A DNA stretch of 64,000 nt from Candidatus Poribacteria bacterium. Lineage in GTDB: Bacteria; Poribacteria; WGA-4E; WGA-3G. Location of the stretch: positions 5,057,292 to 5,121,291 of the forward strand of contig OZ240248.1 of the NCBI GenBank assembly GCA_965198235.1, written 5' to 3'. Positions within the stretch are counted from its first letter, which is position 1; each line of letters opens with the position of its first letter. The notes beneath the pieces are model-generated. The model had not been told where the DNA came from. It worked only from the letters and a program-made list of their open reading frames with translations, and did no database searches. A program made the translations under genes and the position numbers. Positions 1 to 8,842 of the stretch are shown in pieces.

Positions 1-941
1 ACCGCATCTAATACACGGGTATTTTCCTCAATCACATATCGACACCTTTTTTGTGTTAACGCAGGAAGTTCTTCTTCATATTTTTTGAAATCTGTTAGCG
101 TAATGTCCCGAAGTGAAGAGATGTCGGGGAACCATTGTTTAAGGATAGCAACCCCTCTTTCACATTCCGCGCGGCGTTTATTGTATTCAGAAGCGGCAAG
201 TTCGCGTTTTACCTTCGTATTACAAATAGCAATACAATGCGTTGCCAAGTTGAGTGGGACATGTTCGTGTTCAAGCGAGCGGCAGTCCAGAAACAGTGCT
301 TGATTTTCCTGTCCCATCAACGAGATCGTCTGGTCCATGATACCACACTTAACACCAACAAATTTGTGTTCTACCTGTTGGCACAACGCCGCGATTTCTT
401 TGTTGTTAATTTCTAATTGTGGCGCGCTTTCGGGTGTTCCGGACACAGAACTGGCGGTTAAAAAAGTAAGCGCGGTCGAGACTGAAAGTGCCGCTGAAGA
501 ACTCAGACCGGCACCAATCGGCACATCACCTGTGATGACAGCATCTATTCCTGATACTTTTTTGCCTGATGTTTGTAGGAGGGACGCAACCCCGATGAGA
601 TAATGGCTCCATGCTGGAGCGTGATGTTGAATAGAAGGAAGCGTATCCAGACGGAATTCGTAAGAGTCGTTAACATCTAAAGCATGTAACCTGACACGTC
701 CATCAGGTCTCTTCCGAGCAGCGATGTTGAGATATTTATCAATCGCCACTGGAAACACATAACCGTCGTTGTAATCTGTATGTTCGCCGATGAGGTTCAC
801 TCTGCCGGGGGCGGATACAACAAATGCGGATGTGCTACCGAAGATTTCTTTAAATTTCTGGTTGGTGAAGGAAACGCGCTTAGATCTGCTTTCAGAGACA
901 CCTATATTGTTCGGATCGTCGCGCAAAATGTTTTTTTTCAT
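1..941 (-). CDS. galK: Galactokinase (3' end runs off the window)
   Basis: Manual translation of the minus strand from ATG at 941 gives SAPGRVNLIGEHTDYNDGYVFPVAID (galactokinase signature) and GDVPIGAGLSSSAA (GHMP ATP motif). It is absent from the ORF track because no stop lies in the window. Confidence 0.95.
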   Translation of the reverse strand, partial: MKKNILRDDPNNIGVSESRSKRVSFTNQKFKEIFGSTSAFVVSAPGRVNLIGEHTDYNDGYVFPVAIDKYLNIAARKRPDGRVRLHALDVNDSYEFRLDTLPSIQHHAPAWSHYLIGVASLLQTSGKKVSGIDAVITGDVPIGAGLSSSAALSVSTALTFLTASSVSGTPESAPQLEINNKEIAALCQQVEHKFVGVKCGIMDQTISLMGQENQALFLDCRSLEHEHVPLNLATHCIAICNTKVKRELAASEYNKRRAECERGVAILKQWFPDISSLRDITLTDFKKYEEELPALTQKRCRYVIEENTRVLDA

Positions 942-1128
942 ATTTCTAACTATGGCCAAATGCCCATCGTTCCTCTACAGAGATTTCACCCCTACCGGGT
1001 TAGAACCCTTCTTACAGTTCAGTCCCGTTTGAAATTGACCAGAAACCTGCCCGAAATGTAATGGAGGGCAGCGCGAAGGCCAATTATTTAAAAACCTGAA
1101 ACGTAGTGGTAGACAGCGCGAAGGCTCA

Positions 1129-1848
1129 TCATTTAAAGAATTTCAGAAATAATCCCAACGTACTTGGCAGTTCCTCACGAGGGATATAACAATCAACACT
1201 TAGGTCAGGTTCAACGTCTTTTTCCGATAGTGATGGCTGTGTCAGAAGTTGTTCTTCTGGGGCATGCAGCGCGGGTTGTAAATTCGGTGATGCTGGTTTT
1301 TTAGCAGGGGCTGTACCTTCCGCGATAACCAGTTCGCCGACAGGGAGATACGTCGCCAGTGGATATACTTCCGTTTCAGTTAAAACAGTGATATGAGGAA
1401 GTGGTGTATCTGCTAATCGCTCCATCTGCATCGTTAAGTAGGTGGTTTCTGCCAAAGCTGCTCGCGGTCCGTCCGGTTGGCACGCGACGATCGTAATCAA
1501 TGGAATCTGTTTTTGTAAGGCACTTTCAATCGCTGTGAGAAAAAAGGATGCATTGAGCTCTGCAGGGATTACATCTATATCTGCGATGAACAGACAGGCT
1601 GGGTGCCCTGAAAGCATTCCTTCAGCAATAAGTCCGGATTCCTTAGTGGATCTGGTTTCTGTTGTTGGCAAGTCATCGAGTAAATATTCAAGCCGTTTTT
1701 CAGCGAGGAGCGGGAACAGCGCACCGCAATATGAGCAGATATAAAGGTTCCGTTCAAGTTCGTTTTTGAAAGCGAACTCTTGGCACCCGGTGCATTTGTG
1801 CCATAGACTGGTGTTTTCTTCAAGGTCTTTGGAGATATGCGTTTCCAT
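1129..1848 (-). CDS. AccD-like protein: intact N-terminal Zn ribbon, degenerate carboxyltransferase domain
   Basis: LWHKCTGC...LERNLYICSYCG...AEKRLEYLLD matches the AccD N-terminus. The GGSMG and SGGARMQEG motifs are missing. Confidence 0.6.
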   Translation of the reverse strand: METHISKDLEENTSLWHKCTGCQEFAFKNELERNLYICSYCGALFPLLAEKRLEYLLDDLPTTETRSTKESGLIAEGMLSGHPACLFIADIDVIPAELNASFFLTAIESALQKQIPLITIVACQPDGPRAALAETTYLTMQMERLADTPLPHITVLTETEVYPLATYLPVGELVIAEGTAPAKKPASPNLQPALHAPEEQLLTQPSLSEKDVEPDLSVDCYIPREELPSTLGLFLKFFK

Positions 1849-2064
1849 TTTTTTAACGTTTTTCTAACTATGGGAATCTGGGCGTTGCTCCAAATGTAAA
1901 GCAAAGACAAATTATGCCATTTAAGGAAACCTAATTTCATTCCGCAACGGTTTTCATCTAAGTTATAAGCCTGTCTTAGGTTTCAAAAGGTTTTTAACTT
2001 AACCAGACACCATCGTGAAACGAAGTGGAACGATGCTCAGAGGTCCAATAAATTAAAAAACAGT

Positions 2065-2430
2065 TCAAGTCCGTATGATTCCAGCTATCGCTTCTGCTTC
2101 CGTATCATAGCAGTCAAAAATTGTCATCAATTTTGCCATGACGATAAGACTTCTGACGTTGCCACCGAGGTTCAAGAGGACTATGTTCCCTTCGTTGCGT
2201 CGGATGGTGGTATGAGAGGCGACAAGCACTCCTAAGCCGGAACTATCCATCATCTGGACCCGTTCCATGTTTAAAATTATGTTGAATTTTTCCCCAGGCT
2301 CCCCTTCGCTATCAGCTACTTGAATCTGTTGATGAATGATGTCTTTGAGAGCTAAGACATCTACTCCAATAACTTTCCCCTCAATATCTAAAATTGTAAT
2401 GCTACCTTTGTGTCGAAGGTTGACTTGCAT
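2065..2430 (-). CDS. STAS-domain anti-sigma factor antagonist (RsbV/SpoIIAA-like)
   Basis: 121 aa with the VQMMDSSGLGVLV phospho-Ser motif. Confidence 0.9.
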   Translation of the reverse strand: MQVNLRHKGSITILDIEGKVIGVDVLALKDIIHQQIQVADSEGEPGEKFNIILNMERVQMMDSSGLGVLVASHTTIRRNEGNIVLLNLGGNVRSLIVMAKLMTIFDCYDTEAEAIAGIIRT

Positions 2431-2681
2431 AGAAATACCTTAAAAGTTTAAATTACTCCCAACCCTGAGAGGACAATTCCGGTTCTCGGTTCCCTGGATA
2501 TTCCTCTATAAAGAGGGTTCAATGCTTTCCCACATTGTGCTACTGAAGGACAATTTATAGATTCTTAACGCTTGAGCCCTATGTGGGAAAAGGCTTAGAT
2601 ATAGTGATAAGAGGCATCTTACGCCTCTTTACTCGTTTGGTTAGAGTCGCGAAATCCACGTAAATCCGAGCGTAGATGTGA

Positions 2682-3425
2682 CTATGGTTCTGGAATCCCC
2701 TTATATTTGACCATTTTGATGATAGTCCCGTTATTTTCGTAAGTTACAGAGTCCATGCAGGCTTCCATCAAAAATAGTCCTCTACCACTGCTTTTGAGCA
2801 AGTTTTCCGGGTCGAGGGGATCGGCGACTTCCTTGCGTGTGAATCCATCGCCTTCGTCCTCGATGACGATCTCAAGTTTACCCTCGGCAAGAGTGAATTC
2901 GATGGTCGCTTTTTTAATTGGATTTTCTTTATTGCCGTGTTTGATCGCGTTTGTACCCGCTTCAATGACAGCAAGGTTAATCTGTTCTTGGATGTCCTCT
3001 GTGAAATCTGTCTCTTTCAGAATCTCGGTGACAACAACGTCGAGTAGGTAAACATGTTGCATTGAACTTGGGAGAGAAAGTCTAATAATTCGTTCAGTTC
3101 CAGTTTCTTTGCGCGTAGACTCCTCACCCTCGTCCTCAGTGGCAATGGTTAATCGGTTTTCAGCAAAAATCAGCTGAAAAGTCGTTTGTTCTTCCGGATC
3201 CTCTTTATTGCTGTGCTTGGTCGCGTTTGTACCCGCTTCAATGACAGCAAGGTTAATCTGCTCTTGGATGTCCTCTGTGAAATCTGCCTCTTTCAGAATC
3301 TCGGTGACAATGACTTTGAGTAGATCAACATGTTGCATTGAACTTGGGAGAGAAATCGTAATAACCTGTTCAGTTCTCTCGCCCACGTTTGAAGCTCCTT
3401 CTCTGCACACTTGGGTGTTTTCCAA
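2682..3425 (-). CDS. RsbW/SpoIIAB-like anti-sigma factor Ser/Thr kinase with a duplicated HATPase_c segment
   Basis: The C-terminal copy has EAGTNAIKHGN, IEDEGDGF and SSGRGLFLM. The N-terminal copy repeats the first ~90 aa and lacks the G2 box. The TTG start is uncertain. Confidence 0.85.
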   Translation of the reverse strand: MENTQVCREGASNVGERTEQVITISLPSSMQHVDLLKVIVTEILKEADFTEDIQEQINLAVIEAGTNATKHSNKEDPEEQTTFQLIFAENRLTIATEDEGEESTRKETGTERIIRLSLPSSMQHVYLLDVVVTEILKETDFTEDIQEQINLAVIEAGTNAIKHGNKENPIKKATIEFTLAEGKLEIVIEDEGDGFTRKEVADPLDPENLLKSSGRGLFLMEACMDSVTYENNGTIIKMVKYKGIPEP

Positions 3426-3469
3426 GGGCAGCTACAAGGCAGGGCTTGAAAATAGTCCTACCTTAGTGG

Positions 3470-3533
3470 CTATCGGCTTTCAGCCTTCGGCTATCAGCGG
3501 GTCCGCTGACGGCTGATTGCTGGCGGCTGACTG
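3470..3533. repeat. Inverted heptamer repeat cluster (TCRGCNN x4 facing GCTGNNN x4)
   Basis: tcggctt tcagcct tcggcta tcagcgg, then gctgacg gctgatt gctggcg gctgact. Confidence 0.7.
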
Positions 3534-3685
3534 TACTTTTTAGCATGTTTTGGTATCATTAAGATTTATTATACCATAGTTTTTCCTGAAAAAACTTGCC
3601 AAAAATGTTAAGATATTCTACAGTAAGTGTAACAAACTTGTGATGGGATGCGTGCATGGTTTCCGCATCCAAGTAACTCTGAAAC

Positions 3686-3713
3686 GGGTTCGGCTATGGC
3701 TATAGCCGAACCC
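3686..3713. repeat. Perfect 12-bp hairpin (REP-like or terminator) just downstream of the phosphatase gene
   Basis: GGGTTCGGCTAT-GGCT-ATAGCCGAACCC. Confidence 0.6.
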
Positions 3714-3721
3714 CTCCTAAT

Positions 3722-4996
3722 TTAAATATTTCGCTTGACAATAATTAATGCTCTGTCGTCATGGGGATTTGTGCTTCCACTAAACAGTGTTAGATCGTTA
3801 ACAACCACCTCACATAACGCTGATGCTGACAATCCCGTGTTTTTGGAAATACAGGCGGCAAGCCTATCTCCACCGTAGAAGCTATCCATTGGTATTGTAT
3901 TTCGGAGCACGTCCGCATCCACTGCACTCGTAGAGGCTTTCTGGTTTTTACTGAAAACTGACTGGCGCAAGCCTATAGAGGCTTGCGGGACAATGTTTCC
4001 AGTTTCCGTTTCGGTAATACCATCCGTATAGAAAACAAGAATATCGCCGGGAGACAAAGAACAGATGGCACTTGAAAACGTCGCTTCCTCAAATGCGCCT
4101 ATCAACATGCCTTCTGTTTTTAAGACCCCCATCTCGCTGGTATTCTTCCAGTGGAATGGATAACAGTGCCCTCCATTTGAATACGTGAAGGTCGAATTCG
4201 CTATGTCCAATATACCGTAAACCATTGTTGCGAACAAATCTGCTTCGGTGTCACGGACCACTAAATCATTAATCCGTTTGAGGATTGACGCAGGGGTGTC
4301 TTCCTCATGGCAGAGTAAGCGGAGTGCAGTTCGAACCATCACCATCAACAGTGCCGCAGGAATACCGTTGCCCTTTACATCACCGAGAACGAGTCCGACC
4401 TGTGTTTCATTCAACGGGATGAAATCATAGAAATCACCAGAGACGGACGTTGAACTTTGGAGCAGAGTTGCGATGTCAAAACCTTCAAGATTTGGTGCTT
4501 GTTCAGGTAATAATTTTTTTTGAATAGCGGCGGCGGCTTGAAGATGTCCAGCGAGTTGTTGCAACCCTTCTTCGCTGAACTTGTCTCCCATCGCATGCAT
4601 TAACGGGTTGATATATTTGATGGGACGAGTTCTACCTAAAACAGCTTCAACCCGCGCGGTTAACTCGCGTAGGTCAAACGGTTTCGTGATATAATCGTCT
4701 GCGCCGGTATCCAAACCGAGGACTTTATCTTCTGTCTGTCCACGGGCAGTCACTAAAATGACCGGAACGTTTTTTGTATCTTCTATATTTTTTAGTTCTT
4801 CAATGACCTCGAAGCCGTTTTTATGTGGCATCATCACATCGAGAAGAATAAGATCCGGGGGGTTCGCACATGCGCTCTGCACTGCACTCTCACCATCGTT
4901 TGCTGTTCGTACGTTGTAGCCCTCCGGTTCAAGGCTCATTTTTAGCAATTCAAGGATGTCAAGATCGTCATCAACAATTAAAATCGTTTCAGCCAT
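3722..4996 (-). CDS. Response regulator receiver fused to a PP2C/SpoIIE (RsbU-like) phosphatase
   Basis: REC motifs ILIVDDD, LLDVMMP and KPF; PP2C motifs SGDFYD, GDVKGNG, YTDGITE and DDRAL. The ATG at 4996 overlaps the kinase stop (ATGGCTGA). Confidence 0.92.
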   Translation of the reverse strand: MAETILIVDDDLDILELLKMSLEPEGYNVRTANDGESAVQSACANPPDLILLDVMMPHKNGFEVIEELKNIEDTKNVPVILVTARGQTEDKVLGLDTGADDYITKPFDLRELTARVEAVLGRTRPIKYINPLMHAMGDKFSEEGLQQLAGHLQAAAAIQKKLLPEQAPNLEGFDIATLLQSSTSVSGDFYDFIPLNETQVGLVLGDVKGNGIPAALLMVMVRTALRLLCHEEDTPASILKRINDLVVRDTEADLFATMVYGILDIANSTFTYSNGGHCYPFHWKNTSEMGVLKTEGMLIGAFEEATFSSAICSLSPGDILVFYTDGITETETGNIVPQASIGLRQSVFSKNQKASTSAVDADVLRNTIPMDSFYGGDRLAACISKNTGLSASALCEVVVNDLTLFSGSTNPHDDRALIIVKRNI

Positions 4997-7445
4997 TTTT
5001 CCTCTTTTCCAACGGAACAAAAAACTGGAAGTTGCTCCCTCGTCCATTCTCTCCCGTGTCCACCCATAATCGCCCACCGTGTGCTTCGACTATCCCTGCG
5101 GCAATTGAGAGTCCTAAGCCCGTGCCGCTTTGTGGTTTTCGTGCTTGGACACTTCCGAGTTGTCGGAACTTATCAAAGACCTTTTCTCTATCTTCAGGGG
5201 GAATTCCTGGACCCGTATCAATGACTTCAACATGGAATCCATCGGTTGCGCTCCCATTTTGCAGAGATTTTGATATTCTTATTGTTACCTTCCCGTCATC
5301 TGGTGTGAATTTAATTGCGTTTCCAATGAGGTTAATAAAAATTTGCCCAATCCGGTCTGCATCCCCAATCATTGGAGGTAGATTAGATTGTGCCTCAAAA
5401 AACAGAGAAACAGCTTTCTCGTCTGCTTGTGGACGAAGTTCCTCGATTCGCCGTTTGGCTATCCTGCCTATTTGTACCTGCTCTTGCTTCATCTCAACAC
5501 GTCCTGCTTCAATTCGAGAGATGTCGAGTAGGTCGTTAATAAGAGCGGCGAGCCGTTTCGACTGGCGATGGGCACGGCTTAAGCTTTCGTACTGTTTCTG
5601 ATTAATTTTACCAGTTTTCCCATCAAGTATTAACGAAATAAATCCGATGATGGATGTTAGTGGTGTTCGCAATTCATGCGATACAAGCGAGACGAACTCC
5701 GACTTCATTTTTTCTATTTCGTGTTCATTGGTGATGTCATCAAAGACATAAACGGTGCCAACGATGTTATTATGTTCATCGGAAAAATGGCTTGCTATGA
5801 TGCGGAGGACTCGAGAACGGTCGCTGTCCTGTTGATTACCATTGACATCCACTTCGACGACGAATGCGCGTGTGGCATTCGCAAAGACTGTTTGGTGTTG
5901 TGCCACTTCACGCCGAGAGAAAGACAGTATTTTCATGTTAACAGTTCTCTTATCCGTTTTTGTGTCCCCTCCTTTTTCCAATGTTTTCGTCCAGCAGATT
6001 GTACTATTTGCTGTATCGACAGCGATAAAATTTTCGTAGTCAGTGGTATTCCCTAAATCCAGAAGACGTTCAGCTACAGGATTAACGTAGAGGACGCGTC
6101 CAGTGGGCTCCACAACAATCAAACCTTCGCCGAGATTGTCTACGATAGCTGTGAGTTTTTTCTCTTCTTGTGTTAATCGATCGACAGCATTTTTCAGGTT
6201 CCGACGCATCTCATTGAATTCTTCGGCGAGAACACCGACCTCATTATCGCTGTCAACAGTGATTTCGCTGTCAAATTCACCCTGTCCAATGCTGCGCGCT
6301 GCTTGTGCGACTTTCAATATAGGTGTCGCTATCCGCTGTGCAGCCCACCAAGCAATTAATATAACGATGCAACTGGACCCAATGGTAACGTAAAAAATAT
6401 ATTTGTTCAGTCTAACGACACCGGCGTAAGCCGATGAGATAGGACTTGAAGTAAAGACTATCCAGTTGCTAAAGTTTTGTTGAACCTTCCACGGCTCCAT
6501 ACTTGAGAGTGTTTTTGCTTGGGTGTTTCTCCGCGTTCGCGCCCAACCATAGACGCGAGGTTCATTGAAGGTATCCATCTCACCTTCCGATTCATAGTCG
6601 TAATACTTTCCATTAATGCCCTTTTTTCCTTCAATAATCGCCTCCTCTGCGGCATTGCTCATCTCTATGTAATTATCTATTTGATACCCGCTTTGGGGTG
6701 AAGCTGCAATGACTTTGCCAGATGAACTCGTTAGAATCGTATATGTTTCCGCCAATTCCGGTAGCGATTGAACTAAACTGGTAAGTTCAGGTAAAAACAG
6801 AAATGTTCTTAGCACGCCGACCGTGTTATTTTTTCCCTGTGTAACGGAGCCTTTGGCAGCTGTACGTATTGGCAGTGCAATTGGAAGAAGATGCACACCT
6901 CGCAGTTTATCATAGATGACATCTTCCACAAATGGATAACCTATGCCGTTATTATAGGCTCTTTTCCACCAATTCCTGTCCTGCACTCGATGTGGGAACA
7001 TTTTAGTCGTGTCATAATCCAACTGTTGATTATTTGAACGGAGGACGTACCCGAAGGCATTTGTAATGGTTACTTCAGTTTTATAGCCTGCATAGGTCTC
7101 AAGCAGGCGAATACTGTCCTCCAATCGTGCCCATACGCTGAGAAATACACTCTGCTTCTCGTTAGCAGTGTTTGAGTACACAACTGCTGCTTGGATGTTT
7201 GGAAGTTCTGCTTGAATCTTTTCAATTTTTTCGGAGATAGCATTGTCCACTCGGGCGAGTTTTTCTTGCGCCAGGAGAACAAGATTCCCGCCAACAGACT
7301 CCTTTAGCGCGTTCTCGCCTAAAAATTTGATGGTTAAGGCAACGGCAAACAACGGCATCAGGGAAACAAACAAAAACAGGACTACCTGCTGACCGCGTAG
7401 ACCCACTTTAAACTGGGAACGCTCCGGACGATTTTTATCTTTCAT
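4989..7445 (-). CDS. Membrane sensor histidine kinase (extracytoplasmic sensor, HAMP, PAS, HisKA, HATPase)
   Basis: Two TM segments, HAMP (EVGVLAEEFNEM), H-box VSHELRTPL, NLIGNAIKFT, DTGPGI and GTGLGL. Confidence 0.95.
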   Translation of the reverse strand: MKDKNRPERSQFKVGLRGQQVVLFLFVSLMPLFAVALTIKFLGENALKESVGGNLVLLAQEKLARVDNAISEKIEKIQAELPNIQAAVVYSNTANEKQSVFLSVWARLEDSIRLLETYAGYKTEVTITNAFGYVLRSNNQQLDYDTTKMFPHRVQDRNWWKRAYNNGIGYPFVEDVIYDKLRGVHLLPIALPIRTAAKGSVTQGKNNTVGVLRTFLFLPELTSLVQSLPELAETYTILTSSSGKVIAASPQSGYQIDNYIEMSNAAEEAIIEGKKGINGKYYDYESEGEMDTFNEPRVYGWARTRRNTQAKTLSSMEPWKVQQNFSNWIVFTSSPISSAYAGVVRLNKYIFYVTIGSSCIVILIAWWAAQRIATPILKVAQAARSIGQGEFDSEITVDSDNEVGVLAEEFNEMRRNLKNAVDRLTQEEKKLTAIVDNLGEGLIVVEPTGRVLYVNPVAERLLDLGNTTDYENFIAVDTANSTICWTKTLEKGGDTKTDKRTVNMKILSFSRREVAQHQTVFANATRAFVVEVDVNGNQQDSDRSRVLRIIASHFSDEHNNIVGTVYVFDDITNEHEIEKMKSEFVSLVSHELRTPLTSIIGFISLILDGKTGKINQKQYESLSRAHRQSKRLAALINDLLDISRIEAGRVEMKQEQVQIGRIAKRRIEELRPQADEKAVSLFFEAQSNLPPMIGDADRIGQIFINLIGNAIKFTPDDGKVTIRISKSLQNGSATDGFHVEVIDTGPGIPPEDREKVFDKFRQLGSVQARKPQSGTGLGLSIAAGIVEAHGGRLWVDTGENGRGSNFQFFVPLEKRKNG

Positions 7446-7454
7446 TTTTTATAG

Positions 7455-7652
7455 TTTTCAGCTTTCAGTGACAAGAGATTATCGGTTAATCAAACCGCCT
7501 CTTTAACTGAGAACTGACAACTCTTAACACTGACAACTGATAACTGGTCACTGACGACTCTTAACACTGACCAGAGATCGTTGTGGTATTTACGAACGAT
7601 TGCAACAACCACACGATTAATTGACAACTGACCACTGTTAACTGAGAACTAT
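7455..7652. repeat. Heptamer (ACTGAYA-like) tandem repeat region with an internal inverted repeat
   Basis: Units ACTGAGA/ACTGACA/ACTGATA/ACTGACG/ACTGACC, two ACTCTTAAC units, and ATCGTTGTGGT...ACCACACGAT in the middle. Confidence 0.8.
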
Positions 7653-7656
7653 TTTG

Positions 7657-7995
7657 CTATATGCAAGCAGCACACGCGCCTTCCTCGGTATCATAAATCT
7701 CGATGACGGTGCTGAGCTTCGTTACCTCCAAAACTTCCCTAACAGCTTTCTGAGGGCTGAGTAAAACTAACTTTCCACCCGATTGCTGACAGGACTTCAA
7801 AGTGACCACAATTGCTCCTAATGCGCTGCTATCGATTAACGGAACGTTCATTAGATCAACCACTAATTTATCGCGCCCGGTTTGAAGTTGTTCGTTCATT
7901 TCCTTACGGAACGTGTCAGAGGCATTTCCAAGAATCTTTCCTTCCACATGAAGGATGGAGATATTTTGCTCCCCAATCGTTGTATCAAAATTCAT
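7657..7995 (-). CDS. STAS-domain anti-sigma factor antagonist
   Basis: VDLMNVPLIDSSALGAIV motif. Start placed at ATG 7995, downstream of AAGGA. Confidence 0.9.
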   Translation of the reverse strand: MNFDTTIGEQNISILHVEGKILGNASDTFRKEMNEQLQTGRDKLVVDLMNVPLIDSSALGAIVVTLKSCQQSGGKLVLLSPQKAVREVLEVTKLSTVIEIYDTEEGACAACI

Positions 7996-8140
7996 AGGTC
8001 TTTTCCTTAGTATTTCTATTTTGGGGGTTGTATTTTTCTTAGGGGAAACACCCAAGCAAAAACACCTCGCCCTAATCTGCTACAGCACAAGCCACCGTAC
8101 GATGTGTTTCGTTTGTATAGTGCACAGCCTACGCAGGACA

Positions 8141-8827
8141 TTAACTTGTCCTCATTCGTAGGTTGCCGCGGTGTATCACAACATAATTTCGATTGAACTT
8201 CGGATTTTTTAAGACAGTTTCGACCATTCCACCGAGTGCCTCGAGGCACGCCGAACTATTGTTAATCTCGTTTTCGATAGTTTCATCGCCGGACTTATAA
8301 GCCACCCACTTTCCTGTCGATTTCAGCAGAGGTATGCAGTACGTCGCCGAGTCTCGAATCGCTGCGACGTAACGGGTGAAAACCCAATCGTATGCTCCAA
8401 TGTGTTTCTGCTGTTGCGCACAAACTTCCGCACGTTCCGCGAATATTTCAACGTCTATCCTTTGATGCCGATTCAATTGGGCGACTATAAATTTTAGGAA
8501 ACTCACCTTCTTTTTCGATGATTCAATGAGTGTTAACCGGATATCAGGCATGTAGATTTTCAACACGATTCCCGGGAATCCGGCACCAGTCCCAATATCA
8601 ATTACAGAATCACCGCTTCTTAATGAGATATGTTCCAAGACGCTTAGCGAATCAAGAAAATGTTTATGAACGATCTCATCATTATCTGTGATCGCCGTGA
8701 GATTAATGTGTTCATTCCACCGCAGTAATTCAGTGCGATACAGATTGAATTGTGCTACCTGATGCTCAGTTAACGGAAACCCGTAATGATTGAACGTCTC
8801 TTTTAAGTCTTGCTCGTACCTCGCCAA
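8141..8827 (-). CDS. rsmG: 16S rRNA m7G527 methyltransferase
   Basis: WNEHINLTAI, KHFLDSL and DIGTGAGFPG; directly follows mnmG. Confidence 0.95.
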   Translation of the reverse strand: MARYEQDLKETFNHYGFPLTEHQVAQFNLYRTELLRWNEHINLTAITDNDEIVHKHFLDSLSVLEHISLRSGDSVIDIGTGAGFPGIVLKIYMPDIRLTLIESSKKKVSFLKFIVAQLNRHQRIDVEIFAERAEVCAQQQKHIGAYDWVFTRYVAAIRDSATYCIPLLKSTGKWVAYKSGDETIENEINNSSACLEALGGMVETVLKNPKFNRNYVVIHRGNLRMRTS

Positions 8828-8842
8828 TTGCCATGCCTCATA

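Noticed and set aside
1038-1093. Hammerhead ribozyme in repeat family A (contains GAAAC)
   Set aside because: No CTGANGA core and no three-way junction on either strand.
7455-7652. CRISPR array
   Set aside because: The units are 7-9 bp degenerate tandem repeats without unique 30-40 bp spacers, and there are no cas genes in the window.
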